Shown here: positions 10,254 to 18,968 of the stretch, piece after piece
Numbering within the stretch: the stretch's first letter is position 1
How the letters are laid out: every line of letters starts with the position of its first letter
Source: an uncultured Acidimicrobiales bacterium
GTDB lineage: Bacteria > Actinomycetota > Acidimicrobiia > Acidimicrobiales > SZUA-35
Direction of reading: 5' to 3'
Length of the DNA stretch: 64,000 nt
NCBI GenBank assembly: GCA_963698395.1
Contig: CAVOQQ010000002.1
Span: 191,624-255,623, forward strand
Notes under the pieces: generated by a model
Databases searched by the model: none
What the model was told of the DNA's origin: nothing
What the model saw: only the letters and a program-made list of their open reading frames with translations
Position numbers and translations under genes: made by a program

Positions 10254-11409
10254 CGCAACACATCGTGATGAGGGCCGTGTTCTTGTCGGCTCGCTGGAGC
10301 TCGTGAACGGCCTTGGTCATGAGGAAGGCACCGGTGCCTCCGAGTGGGTGGCCAAGGGCGATGGCCCCGCCGTTGGGGTTGACCTTCTCGAGGTCGGTGT
10401 CGAATTCCTTGGCCCAGGCCAAGACGACCGAGGCGAAGGCCTCGTTGATCTCGAAGAGGTCGATGTCGTCGAGCGTGAGGCCCGTTCGTTCGAGCATGTG
10501 CCGGGTGGCGTCGATCGGGCCGGTGAGCATGAGGACCGGGTCGACGCCGACCAGGGCGGTGTCGACGACTCGTGCCATGGGGGTGAGGCCGAGTTCTTCT
10601 GCCTTGGCAGCGGTCATCATGAGGACAGCGGCAGCGCCATCGGAGATCTGTGAGGCCGAGCCGGCGGTATGGACGCCGTCTTCGCGAGCGACCGGCTTGA
10701 GAGTTGCCAGCTTCTCGAGCGTGGTCTCGCGCAAGCCCTCGTCTCGGGTGATCGTGCGGGTGGTCTCGAGCTGCTCGCCCTCTTCGTTGCGTTCCGGTGC
10801 CTCGATCGGCACGATCTGGGTGGCGAAGCGGTCCTCTTCCCACGCCTGGGCGGCGCGTTGCTGTGACAGCAGGCCGAAGGCGTCGGTGTCTTCCCGGTTG
10901 ATGCCCCACTTGTCGGCGATGCGCTCGGCCCCCTCGAACTGCGAGGTCATCTCGTACTGCTCGAAGTAGGGGCCGGGGATGGGGACGCCGAGCCCGAGCT
11001 TCTTGCTGGAGTTGATGCCGATGGGTATGCGGCTCATGGTTTCGACGCCGCAGGCAACGGCGACGTCGACGACGCCGGAACCGATCAGGGCGGTGGCGAA
11101 GTTGGTGGCCTGCTGCGACGATCCGCACTGCGTATCGATGGTGGTGTTGGCCACGGACTGGGGGAGTCCCGCCGCCAGCCACGCCGTGCGCCCGATGTTG
11201 AACGACTGCTCACCCACCTGGCTGACGCAACCGGTGACGACTTGACCGACGATCGATGGATCGACGCCGGTGCGCTCGAACAGCGCCTGATGGACCTTGC
11301 CGAGCAGGTCGGCCGGGTGCATGGTGGAAAGGCCGCCGTTGCGACGACCGATGGGCGAACGTACCGCGTCGATGATCACGACGTCGGTAGGGGAGATGGA
11401 AGTAGCCAT
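10213..11409 (-). CDS. Acetyl-CoA acyltransferase (thiolase, FadA5-like)
   Basis: QCGSSQQA, NEAFA, GHPLGGTG and CCGGGIGTG motifs. Confidence 0.93.
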   Translation of the reverse strand: MATSISPTDVVIIDAVRSPIGRRNGGLSTMHPADLLGKVHQALFERTGVDPSIVGQVVTGCVSQVGEQSFNIGRTAWLAAGLPQSVANTTIDTQCGSSQQATNFATALIGSGVVDVAVACGVETMSRIPIGINSSKKLGLGVPIPGPYFEQYEMTSQFEGAERIADKWGINREDTDAFGLLSQQRAAQAWEEDRFATQIVPIEAPERNEEGEQLETTRTITRDEGLRETTLEKLATLKPVAREDGVHTAGSASQISDGAAAVLMMTAAKAEELGLTPMARVVDTALVGVDPVLMLTGPIDATRHMLERTGLTLDDIDLFEINEAFASVVLAWAKEFDTDLEKVNPNGGAIALGHPLGGTGAFLMTKAVHELQRADKNTALITMCCGGGIGTGTIIERI

Positions 11410-11444
11410 GGCAGCGCAGCGTAGGGCCTGAGGCCCGGCGCCGG

Positions 11445-11618
11445 TCAAGCTGCGAGGGTATGTTCGTGATCGGTCGGTGCCGCTGCGGTGGCGGTGTTGC
11501 CGGCGGCGGCGAGTGCGGCCCGGGCGGCAGCGATGCCCTCGCGTCCGATGCGACGGGTGGAAGGGTCGATGCGCCAGGTGTTGTCGGTGGGGAGGAGGAG
11601 CAGCTGTGGTTGGACCAT
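11445..11618 (-). CDS. Small hypothetical protein, 57 aa (below the ORF-track cutoff)
   Basis: MVQPQLLLPTDNTWRIDPSTRRIGREGIAAARAALAAAGNTATAAAPTDHEHTLAA*; GC3-rich codons; fills the intergenic gap; promoter-like motif directly upstream. Confidence 0.7.
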   Translation of the reverse strand: MVQPQLLLLPTDNTWRIDPSTRRIGREGIAAARAALAAAGNTATAAAPTDHEHTLAA

Positions 11619-11624
11619 GTGAAC

Positions 11625-11646
11625 AGTATGCGCAAGGGGTGTGACA
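11625..11646 (-). promoter_or_regulatory. RecA-NDp/PafBC-like promoter (TGTCAC-N10-CATACT), leaderless
   Basis: Minus strand reads TGTCAC ACCCCTTGCG CATACT GTTCAC ATG, against the mycobacterial consensus TGTCGG-N10-TANNNT. Confidence 0.55.
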
Positions 11647-11766
11647 GAGCTCTGACGTGGGGAAACGCCGATCGACGGGCAGCCTGTGGCGGGTGGCGGT
11701 CGCTGGCTGACGCCGCCGACGAGGGGTATGGCCGGCCAGGCGGTGCCCGGTGACTATCGTCTCGGC

Positions 11767-12732
11767 GTGTTCGTGCCGCTCCCCGTGACCCTGCTCCTGG
11801 CAGCGATCGCCGTGGTGGTCGGGGGGTTTGCGCTGGTCGAGGCACTGCTGGCGGGGCGAGACCGCCGTCGCTGGGCGTTGCTCGGTGACGAGCGACTCAC
11901 TCGGCGAGCAGCTGCGGCCGTGGTCGAAGCCCGTGCTCGCCTGTCGGCAGCACTCGAGAACGACCATCGGCCCGAGCGTGCCGTTCGCCGGCATCCGGCC
12001 CTGGGCAATGTGGCGCCGGGTGTGCCGTCGGGTCTCGGTGATCCAGAACGAGCCGTCGACGACGGCACCGAGGTCGATGGGGTGGCCGGCGCCCGAGAGG
12101 CGCTACTCGACGCCCAACGGTTGTGGGCGTCCGTGCGCCCTCGTCCCGACGCCGACGCGAGAGTGGGTATCTGGTCGGGCCGCGGCCGGCTGCGGTCGTG
12201 GCAACTCGGTCCGATCGGCTTCGAACGCGTCGTGGTGCGTTGCGATCACCTCATCGACCCGACTTGTTGGGTACTGACCGAGTACCGCCGTTTCCGCCTG
12301 GGATTCGGCCTCGGTGTCGAGTCGCTCGATCTGGCCGTCTTCGCCGCCGGTGTGCCGAGCCGTCGGTTGGATGCCTTGCTGCGAGCGTTGCTCCGTGGCC
12401 CCGAAGCGGCCTTTCGCCCAGGGTTCGCTCCGCTGCGGTGGTGGCGCACGACCCGTCGCAGTCAGAACGCCCAGGCCGCGACCAACGCCGTGTTCGCCGA
12501 TCGTCGGCTCGATCGGTCGCCCTTGCCGGCGACCAGCGAAGCGGTCTGGGTCGCCGTTCGGGAGGACTTCGGTTCCGATGTCGAACGGGTCGGCCTTCGC
12601 GGGGTCGGCGGTCCGATCGCCGTGGCCCACACGTCTGGCCCGTCGTTGCTCTTCGGGTGGTGGTGGGGCCTTCGCCCTCGCTCCCGCCACGTTGCCGCCA
12701 GTTCCCACGTCGTCTGGCGCGATTCGAGCTGA
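11767..12732 (+). CDS. Hypothetical membrane-anchored protein
   Basis: N-terminal TM helix; TATCGT lies 6 nt before GTG; no recognised domain. Confidence 0.55.
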   Translation: MFVPLPVTLLLAAIAVVVGGFALVEALLAGRDRRRWALLGDERLTRRAAAAVVEARARLSAALENDHRPERAVRRHPALGNVAPGVPSGLGDPERAVDDGTEVDGVAGAREALLDAQRLWASVRPRPDADARVGIWSGRGRLRSWQLGPIGFERVVVRCDHLIDPTCWVLTEYRRFRLGFGLGVESLDLAVFAAGVPSRRLDALLRALLRGPEAAFRPGFAPLRWWRTTRRSQNAQAATNAVFADRRLDRSPLPATSEAVWVAVREDFGSDVERVGLRGVGGPIAVAHTSGPSLLFGWWWGLRPRSRHVAASSHVVWRDSS

Positions 12733-12784
12733 GCGGCCACGCTGTTCGAACCCCGACCGCCCAGAAGACCGAAGGAACCCATCC

Positions 12785-13747
12785 ATGTCTCGCTACGGCA
12801 TCACCATTCCCCTCGGCGGCAAGAGCCTCGTCGAGCACCGTGAGATCTACCGAGAGCTCGTCGATCTCGGCTACACCGACGTGTGGACGGCCGAGGCCGA
12901 CGGCACCGATGGTTTCACGCCGCTCGCGCTGGCCGCCGCCTGGGCGCCCGAACTACGCCTCGGCGTGGCGATCATTCCGGCGTTCACCCGTGGTCCGGCG
13001 TTGATGGCCCAGACCGTGGCCTCGCTGGCCGATGCCGCTCCCGGCAATTTCGTCATGGGCATCGGTTCGAGCTCGAACGTGATCGTCGAGAAGTGGAACG
13101 GGATTCCCTTCGAGGAGCCCTACAAGCGCACCCGAGACATGGTCCGCTTCATCAAGAAGGCCTTCGAGGGCGAGAAGGTCACCGAGACCTACGACACCTT
13201 CGCCGTGAACGGATTCCGCCTCGGCGTTCGTACCGCCCAGCGGCCACCGATCCTCGTTGCCGCCTTGCGCGAAGGCATGCTGCGTCTCGCCGGACGAGAG
13301 GGAGACGGCGCCATTCTCAACTGGCTGTCGGCCGAAGACGTCACCACGGTGGCACCGATCGTGCACGCCCAGGGCGACGGCAAGGAGATCGTCGCCCGGT
13401 TGTTCGTCTGCCCCAATCCCGACGCCGAAACCGTGAGGGCACAAGCCCGATTCGCCATCGCCGCCTACCTGAACGTCCCGGTCTATGCCGCCTTCCACGA
13501 GTGGATGGGTCGCGGCGACGCGCTGGCGGGCATGTGGGAGAACTGGAAGGCCGGCGATCGCAAGGCGGCGCTGGCGGCCATCCCCGATTCGGTCGTCGAC
13601 GAACTGATCATCCACGGGACGCCCGACGAGTGCCGGGAGCATGTTGCCCGCTACGTCGAGTCGGGCATCGATACGCCGGTGCTGGCGATCATGCCCTTCG
13701 GCGGACTCGACCCGCTCCAGGCCATGCGAGACCTCGCTCCGGTGTGA
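12785..13747 (+). CDS. LLM-class F420-dependent oxidoreductase
   Basis: LGYTDVWTAEADGTDGFTPLA, LGVAIIPAFTRGP and MLRLAGREGDG motifs. Confidence 0.9.
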   Translation: MSRYGITIPLGGKSLVEHREIYRELVDLGYTDVWTAEADGTDGFTPLALAAAWAPELRLGVAIIPAFTRGPALMAQTVASLADAAPGNFVMGIGSSSNVIVEKWNGIPFEEPYKRTRDMVRFIKKAFEGEKVTETYDTFAVNGFRLGVRTAQRPPILVAALREGMLRLAGREGDGAILNWLSAEDVTTVAPIVHAQGDGKEIVARLFVCPNPDAETVRAQARFAIAAYLNVPVYAAFHEWMGRGDALAGMWENWKAGDRKAALAAIPDSVVDELIIHGTPDECREHVARYVESGIDTPVLAIMPFGGLDPLQAMRDLAPV

Positions 13748-13762
13748 GAGCGAGACGCTGGA

Positions 13763-16186
13763 TCAGGCCGGCCGGGGCAGCCAGACGAACTCGATGTCGT
13801 CGATGGTGATGTCGGTCTTTTCGAGGGGCACCTCGACGGTCTCGATGGCGGCGGCCTTGTCGTTCCATTCGTCGTCGATCTCGATCAGCGCCTCCTGAAG
13901 GTCGAGTTCGAGTTGGTCGAGATCGTCGACCTTCTCGGCGACCCGGTTGCGGGCCGAGTCGAGTCGGCTCTTCACCGCCGAGGTCGACTTCGAGCCCGAT
14001 GCGGCGCGTCGGGCGGCCGTTGCGAGGCTCGATGAGCGCTTGCGTCCACCGAGCAGGCCACCGAGGATGCTCGTGCCGAGGTCGACGATCGACTTGTTCC
14101 TGGCCCCTTCGGCCTGGGTCTCGAGTTCGGCCACGCGATCTTCGGCCTTTGCGATCGCCGTTTCGACGGACGACCGTTTCTTCTCGAGTTTCGCCCGGAT
14201 CTCCTCGGCCTCGGCATCGGCCTCGTCCTCGGCCGCCTCCCGACAGCGACGTGCGAAGTCGTCGTGGCTCTCACCCGGTCGAGACCACAGCCGGAGATCA
14301 GGGTTGCTCAGGAGTTCGAGCGAGCGCTTCGAGTAGAAGTGGTCCTTCAGGTCTCGCTTGAGCTGGGTGAGCATGGGGGAGGTCAGTTCGAAGCTGGGCA
14401 GCACATAGACCGCGCCATCGGGCATCGAGTCGGTGAAGTCCCGATCGTCGAAGTCGACCTCGACGGCGTCGTCCACGTCGATCACCCGGCCGGTGAGCGG
14501 GATGATCGCCTCCCACTCTTCGATGTGGCGCAGCTCGGCCTTGGTGTCGTCGAACAGGAGGTTGACCCGGGCGGCCAAGGAGGGCTCGAACCGGTTGGCC
14601 GTCGGGTCGACCCGGAGGGTTTCGAGCCAGGGCGCCGAGGCGCGTACGGTGAGCGGCCTCACGCCACTGGGCAGCTTCGGCGGCACGGTCGACTCGTTGT
14701 CGGCGAGCGGCGCCGCGGCAGCAGCAGCAGACGACGGCGAGCCGGCGACCGTCCCACCGGTCGAGGGTGCGGTTGCGGCGGGGGTGCCGACTTCGGTGTC
14801 GCGTTTGGCGTCCATCAGCGTGGCGATCTGCTCTCGTGTGAGCGGACCGGCGAGATAGCTCATCGCCCACCGGGTGGTCAGCATCGGGAGTGCGCTGGAC
14901 TTCGACGTGCGAAGGACGAACTGTCGCTTGCCCAAACCCGAAATGGTGCGCTCGACCTCGGCGATGTCCACCGCACCGTCGGCCCCGCGCAGACCGTCGA
15001 CCAGTCGGTTCTTGTCTTGATCGGTCTGGAGGCGACCGATCAGCCACGTACCGGCGTTGCTGATGGCCTTGTAGTCGAGGTCGACGGGGTTCTGCGTCGA
15101 CAGCACGAGGCCGACCCCGAACGCTCGGGCCTGCTTGAGGAGGGTGAGGATCGGCTTCTTGGTCGGGGGGTTCCCCACCGGCGGCGCGAGGCCCATGACC
15201 TCGTCGAGGTAGACCAACGCTCGCAGTTCACCGGTACCCGATTGGGTGCGCATCCAACTGATGAGCTTGGAGAGGATCAGGGTGATGGCGAACTGGCGCT
15301 CGCTCTCTTCGAGGTGGCCGAGCGAGATGATCGCCGCTCGAGCCTTGCCGTTGGTGTCCCACAGCATTCGCTCGATGTCGACCGGCGCACCCTCGGCCCA
15401 CGAGGCGAACGAGGGGGAGGCCAGCAGCCCATTGAGCCGCATCACCAGTGCCTGACGGTCCGACGGTGGGAAGAAGGTGTCGAGGTCGAGCACGCCGAGC
15501 TTGCGGATCGGTGGATCGAGAAGTTGGGCCAGGAGTGTCGGGAGGTCGAGGTCGGTGCCGGCGTCCCAGGCCTTGGCGATGAGATTCGCCATCAGAATGT
15601 GTTCGCGGCCCGAAAGCGGATCACTGTCGACGCCGATCAGTCCGAGCAGGCCGGCCACCGTTGCATCGACTTCGTCGATTCGGGCGCTCGGGTCGGTGGT
15701 CTTGGGTGCCGTGAGGCGACCGAGCACGTCGAGCGGAATGCCGTGGGAGGCGCCAGGGGTGTAGATGACAGGGCGCGACGCGTCTCGCAGCTCGGTGATG
15801 TCGGACCCATCGAGGTTCCAACCGGCCAGACCGTCTTGCCACATGGCAGCGGTCTTCTCGGCAAGGGCGGCCGTGGTGGTGCCCTCGACTCGGGCGGTGC
15901 CTTCGTCCATCCATGGCTCGAAGTCGGTCGCAGCCAGACCAGGGAAGGTGAGGCACAGGTTGCCGAGGTCGCCCTTGGGGTCGATGGCGAGGACGGGCAC
16001 GCCGGACAGGAGGGTCTCCTCGAGGAGCACCATGCCGAGGCCCGTCTTGCCGGATCCGGTCATACCCACGATCACGCCGTGGGTCGTGAAGTCCGCGCTG
16101 TCGAGTTGGACCCCCTCGCCGTTGCGGTCGCCGCTCTTGGGGTCGAGCCCCTCGCCGATGAAGAGCTTGCCTTTTGATCGTTCCAT
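13763..16186 (-). CDS. HerA-like (DUF87/DUF853) P-loop ATPase with C-terminal coiled coil
   Basis: HGVIVGMTGSGKTG, IDPKGD, YLDEV, QARAFG and STQNPVDLDYK motifs. Confidence 0.85.
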   Translation of the reverse strand: MERSKGKLFIGEGLDPKSGDRNGEGVQLDSADFTTHGVIVGMTGSGKTGLGMVLLEETLLSGVPVLAIDPKGDLGNLCLTFPGLAATDFEPWMDEGTARVEGTTTAALAEKTAAMWQDGLAGWNLDGSDITELRDASRPVIYTPGASHGIPLDVLGRLTAPKTTDPSARIDEVDATVAGLLGLIGVDSDPLSGREHILMANLIAKAWDAGTDLDLPTLLAQLLDPPIRKLGVLDLDTFFPPSDRQALVMRLNGLLASPSFASWAEGAPVDIERMLWDTNGKARAAIISLGHLEESERQFAITLILSKLISWMRTQSGTGELRALVYLDEVMGLAPPVGNPPTKKPILTLLKQARAFGVGLVLSTQNPVDLDYKAISNAGTWLIGRLQTDQDKNRLVDGLRGADGAVDIAEVERTISGLGKRQFVLRTSKSSALPMLTTRWAMSYLAGPLTREQIATLMDAKRDTEVGTPAATAPSTGGTVAGSPSSAAAAAAPLADNESTVPPKLPSGVRPLTVRASAPWLETLRVDPTANRFEPSLAARVNLLFDDTKAELRHIEEWEAIIPLTGRVIDVDDAVEVDFDDRDFTDSMPDGAVYVLPSFELTSPMLTQLKRDLKDHFYSKRSLELLSNPDLRLWSRPGESHDDFARRCREAAEDEADAEAEEIRAKLEKKRSSVETAIAKAEDRVAELETQAEGARNKSIVDLGTSILGGLLGGRKRSSSLATAARRAASGSKSTSAVKSRLDSARNRVAEKVDDLDQLELDLQEALIEIDDEWNDKAAAIETVEVPLEKTDITIDDIEFVWLPRPA

Positions 16187-16382
16187 GCCGACCAGGATGG
16201 CACGACGTCGGTCGCTTCGGGCGAGTTGCCCAGGGCCGGTGTTCGACTGGCGGTGTCGGCTTCTGCGGGGAGCGTCCAGCGACGAATCGGTGGGAATCGG
16301 CGACTTGATGGAGCCGAGCGGGCAGACTGGAATCGGCGGTCGCCGAGCGGTGGCCGACGAACCAGATGACAGGAGAGGCGAT

Positions 16383-16682
16383 ATGGGGATCTTCGACAAG
16401 GCCAAGGACATGCTCGGTGGAGCAGCCGAAAAGGCCGGGGATGTGGCCGACGGGGTGCGCGACACCGTGGAGGACGTGGTCGACAAGGGCCTCGACGCTG
16501 CCGACAAGGCAACGGGCGGCAAGCTGCACGACCAGATCGACAAGGCCCGCGAGGTCGTCGACAAGATCGACGGTGAGACCGACGGTGTCATCGACGGTGC
16601 GGCCGAGGCTGCTGGTGACGCTGCTGGTGACGCTGCCGATGCGGCTGCCGATGCCGTCGACAAGGTCGATCCGACCAACTGA
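16383..16682 (+). CDS. Small acidic Ala/Asp-rich protein, Rv0909 antitoxin-like
   Basis: MGIFDKAKD...GLDAADKATGGKLHDQIDKA; GGAGAGG RBS upstream. Confidence 0.7.
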   Translation: MGIFDKAKDMLGGAAEKAGDVADGVRDTVEDVVDKGLDAADKATGGKLHDQIDKAREVVDKIDGETDGVIDGAAEAAGDAAGDAADAAADAVDKVDPTN

Positions 16683-16711
16683 GCGTCGATCCGACCAACT
16701 GAGCGTCGATC
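16665..16711. repeat. 20-bp tandem duplication GTCGATCCGACCAACTGAGC (x2.3) spanning the stop codon
   Basis: Read directly from the sequence. Confidence 0.9.
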
Positions 16712-16730
16712 GAGGTGGTCGTCTGGCTGG

Positions 16731-17528
16731 CTAGTCTGCCAGCTGGGCGATCAACGCCAGGTCGGCAACCGACGGCACCGGTCCGACCACCGATCGGTAG
16801 TCCTCGCTGCCGACGAGCCAGACGGCGAAGCATTCGGCGAAGTCGCCCGCACCGGTCTCGAAGTCGGCAGCACCACTCGATGGCCACCATGGGGTGGCTT
16901 CGCTCGCCCCTCGCTGGGCCAGCCACGCTTGGCGTTCCTCACCGGAGTTGAGCGTCACATCGACGGCATGACCGAGTTCATGGGCGAGAATTCTTGCCAG
17001 GTCGGCGCTGGACGCGTTCGGCCGGACGAAGACCTCGATGCGTCGTTCCTGGCTCCACGTGTAGCCGGCGACTCGGTCGTTGCCCTCGACGAAATCGATG
17101 CGCCAGTGCGGCAGTCTCGTCTCCCAGTCGTAGCTCAGCCGGTCCAACGCAGCCGAGCCGAGCCGCGATGATCGCTCGGTGTCGTAGCGGACTCGCTCGT
17201 CGACGGCGGTGGCGAACCACGGCCCAGCGTCGTCGGGCAGGTCCGGCTCGCTGATCGCCGATGGCTGAGCGGCAGAAGCGTGACCAGCCGTCGCCTCGAC
17301 CGGTTCGCCGGCGAGACCAAGGACGTCGGCCCCCGCCAACTCGAAGCCACCGAGACTTGCCGTGGCGACGATCGCCAGAAGCGCAGCAAGACCGACGGCC
17401 AGCGCATACGTGGCCTGATCGAGGCGGCGCCACCCGAAGGCGCGCCGAACGACGACCGGGTCATGGCCGGCGACGGCGGTCGGCGTCGCGGCATCGACAG
17501 GTTGTGGCGATCCAGCTGACTGGGCCAT
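16731..17528 (-). CDS. Membrane-anchored putative zinc metallopeptidase
   Basis: TM helix, ILAHELGHAVD (HExxH) and downstream GDFAECFA. Confidence 0.65.
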   Translation of the reverse strand: MAQSAGSPQPVDAATPTAVAGHDPVVVRRAFGWRRLDQATYALAVGLAALLAIVATASLGGFELAGADVLGLAGEPVEATAGHASAAQPSAISEPDLPDDAGPWFATAVDERVRYDTERSSRLGSAALDRLSYDWETRLPHWRIDFVEGNDRVAGYTWSQERRIEVFVRPNASSADLARILAHELGHAVDVTLNSGEERQAWLAQRGASEATPWWPSSGAADFETGAGDFAECFAVWLVGSEDYRSVVGPVPSVADLALIAQLAD

Positions 17529-17596
17529 GGAGCGGCTGCTCCTTTCCACCCTGGATGTCGGATCGATTCGACCGGTGCTTGAGCAGCGAGGTGTGG

Positions 17597-18319
17597 TCAG
17601 GTGCTCGGGGGAGGCCCGGCGAGTGCGGTGCGCAGATGGTCGACGAGTTCGTCGATCGAGGTGCCGGCGTTCAGGCCCGAGGGATTGGGCATCAGGTAGA
17701 CGGGTCGTCCCCCGAGCTGGCTGGGCTGCCAGCCGGCCATGCGCTTCTCACCGGTGGCGTGGCGCCAGCCGGTGAGCCCGGCCACGATCACGATCTTGGG
17801 TGCGACCCAAGTGAAGACGGTGTTGAGTCGGACATGCCCTGCCCGGTACTCGGCGGCACTGATCTCGTTGGCCTTGACGGTTGCCCGTTTGACCAGATCG
17901 GTGAAGCCGACCGACTCGTGGATCATGGCGTGTTCGGGGGCGCGGAGCTCGGTGAGGAGTCCAGCGGCGGCGGCGGCATCCCAGAAACGATTGCCCGGTC
18001 CGGCGAAGCCATAGCCGGCGTCGGCCGAGCGAAGGCTGGGGTTCAAACCGACGACGACGGCCCGAAGGTTGGGGGCGAGCATGTCGGGAAGGGTTCGTTC
18101 CTTGATCAGTTTGTCGGCGTCGGTCGAGAACCCCGCGCCCTCGATGAGGAGTTCCTTCGGGAGTGGCAGGTCACCCCGCATCGTGACCCGCACGCCGGCA
18201 TCGACCGGCAGCGCACGATGCAGCCGGGCCAGCCAGAGTGGGAGCGCTCCGACGTCGAGCGATGACTCGCGACGCAGCCCGATGTCTTCGCTGTTGGCCT
18301 TGACGACGATCTCACTCAT
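17597..18319 (-). CDS. Mismatch-specific uracil-DNA glycosylase (Mug/TDG family) with N-terminal extension
   Basis: VGLNPS, FAGPGNRFW, TDLVKRAT and MPNPSGLNA motifs. Confidence 0.85.
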   Translation of the reverse strand: MSEIVVKANSEDIGLRRESSLDVGALPLWLARLHRALPVDAGVRVTMRGDLPLPKELLIEGAGFSTDADKLIKERTLPDMLAPNLRAVVVGLNPSLRSADAGYGFAGPGNRFWDAAAAAGLLTELRAPEHAMIHESVGFTDLVKRATVKANEISAAEYRAGHVRLNTVFTWVAPKIVIVAGLTGWRHATGEKRMAGWQPSQLGGRPVYLMPNPSGLNAGTSIDELVDHLRTALAGPPPST

Positions 18320-18938
18320 GCAGGTGGTCCGACTGCTTGGTCATGAGGGAGAATCGCCACCCGGAGACGCTACCTGCCGGTAGCCGCGTTGGGGTGCGCC
18401 CCGGCAGCGGTGCCGACCGAGCCTCGATGCCGATGAGGCGTCCGATCAGGGCACCGGCGATCACGTCGCTGGCGTGATGCATCCGGGTATGGACACGGCT
18501 GGCAGCGACCACCATGGCCATGCTCCACCAGAGCACCCGGGCTCGGGGCATGGCCTCGTGGAGCAGCGTGGCGGCCACCACGGCCGACGAGGCGTGACCG
18601 CTCGGGAAGCTGGAGGTCTTGGGTCGGCGGACCTGGTGGATGTCGACCTCCCACTTGCTCGGTCGCTCGCGTCGAACGATCGGCTTGATCATGCCGTTCA
18701 CCAGAATCGACTCGATGCCGAGTGTGACGGCCATTCGGACGGCCCGACCACGAAGGTCGGGCCGCACGAGGGCCATGCCGAGGCCGATGGCGTGCCACAA
18801 CATCGAGTTGTGGGCGCTTTCGCTCGCCAGATAGGCGACCCGGTTCACCGCTTGGTTCGCTCGAAGTGGTTCGAAGGCCCGATCGACGGACTCGTCGAAG
18901 CGACGAACCTGCTCAGGTGCTCGAAAGCGAAAGGGCAT
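18312..18938 (-). CDS. PAP2 family phosphatase
   Basis: KPIVRRERP, SFPSGHA and SRVHTRMHHASDV motifs. Confidence 0.9.
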   Translation of the reverse strand: MPFRFRAPEQVRRFDESVDRAFEPLRANQAVNRVAYLASESAHNSMLWHAIGLGMALVRPDLRGRAVRMAVTLGIESILVNGMIKPIVRRERPSKWEVDIHQVRRPKTSSFPSGHASSAVVAATLLHEAMPRARVLWWSMAMVVAASRVHTRMHHASDVIAGALIGRLIGIEARSAPLPGRTPTRLPAGSVSGWRFSLMTKQSDHLHE

Positions 18939-18968
18939 GGGGAAATCCTACGGAGCGATCGCCGTCGC

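Noticed and set aside
11453-11468. CGAGGGTATGTTCG as a LexA box
   Set aside because: Only one good half-site, and it lies inside the small ORF.
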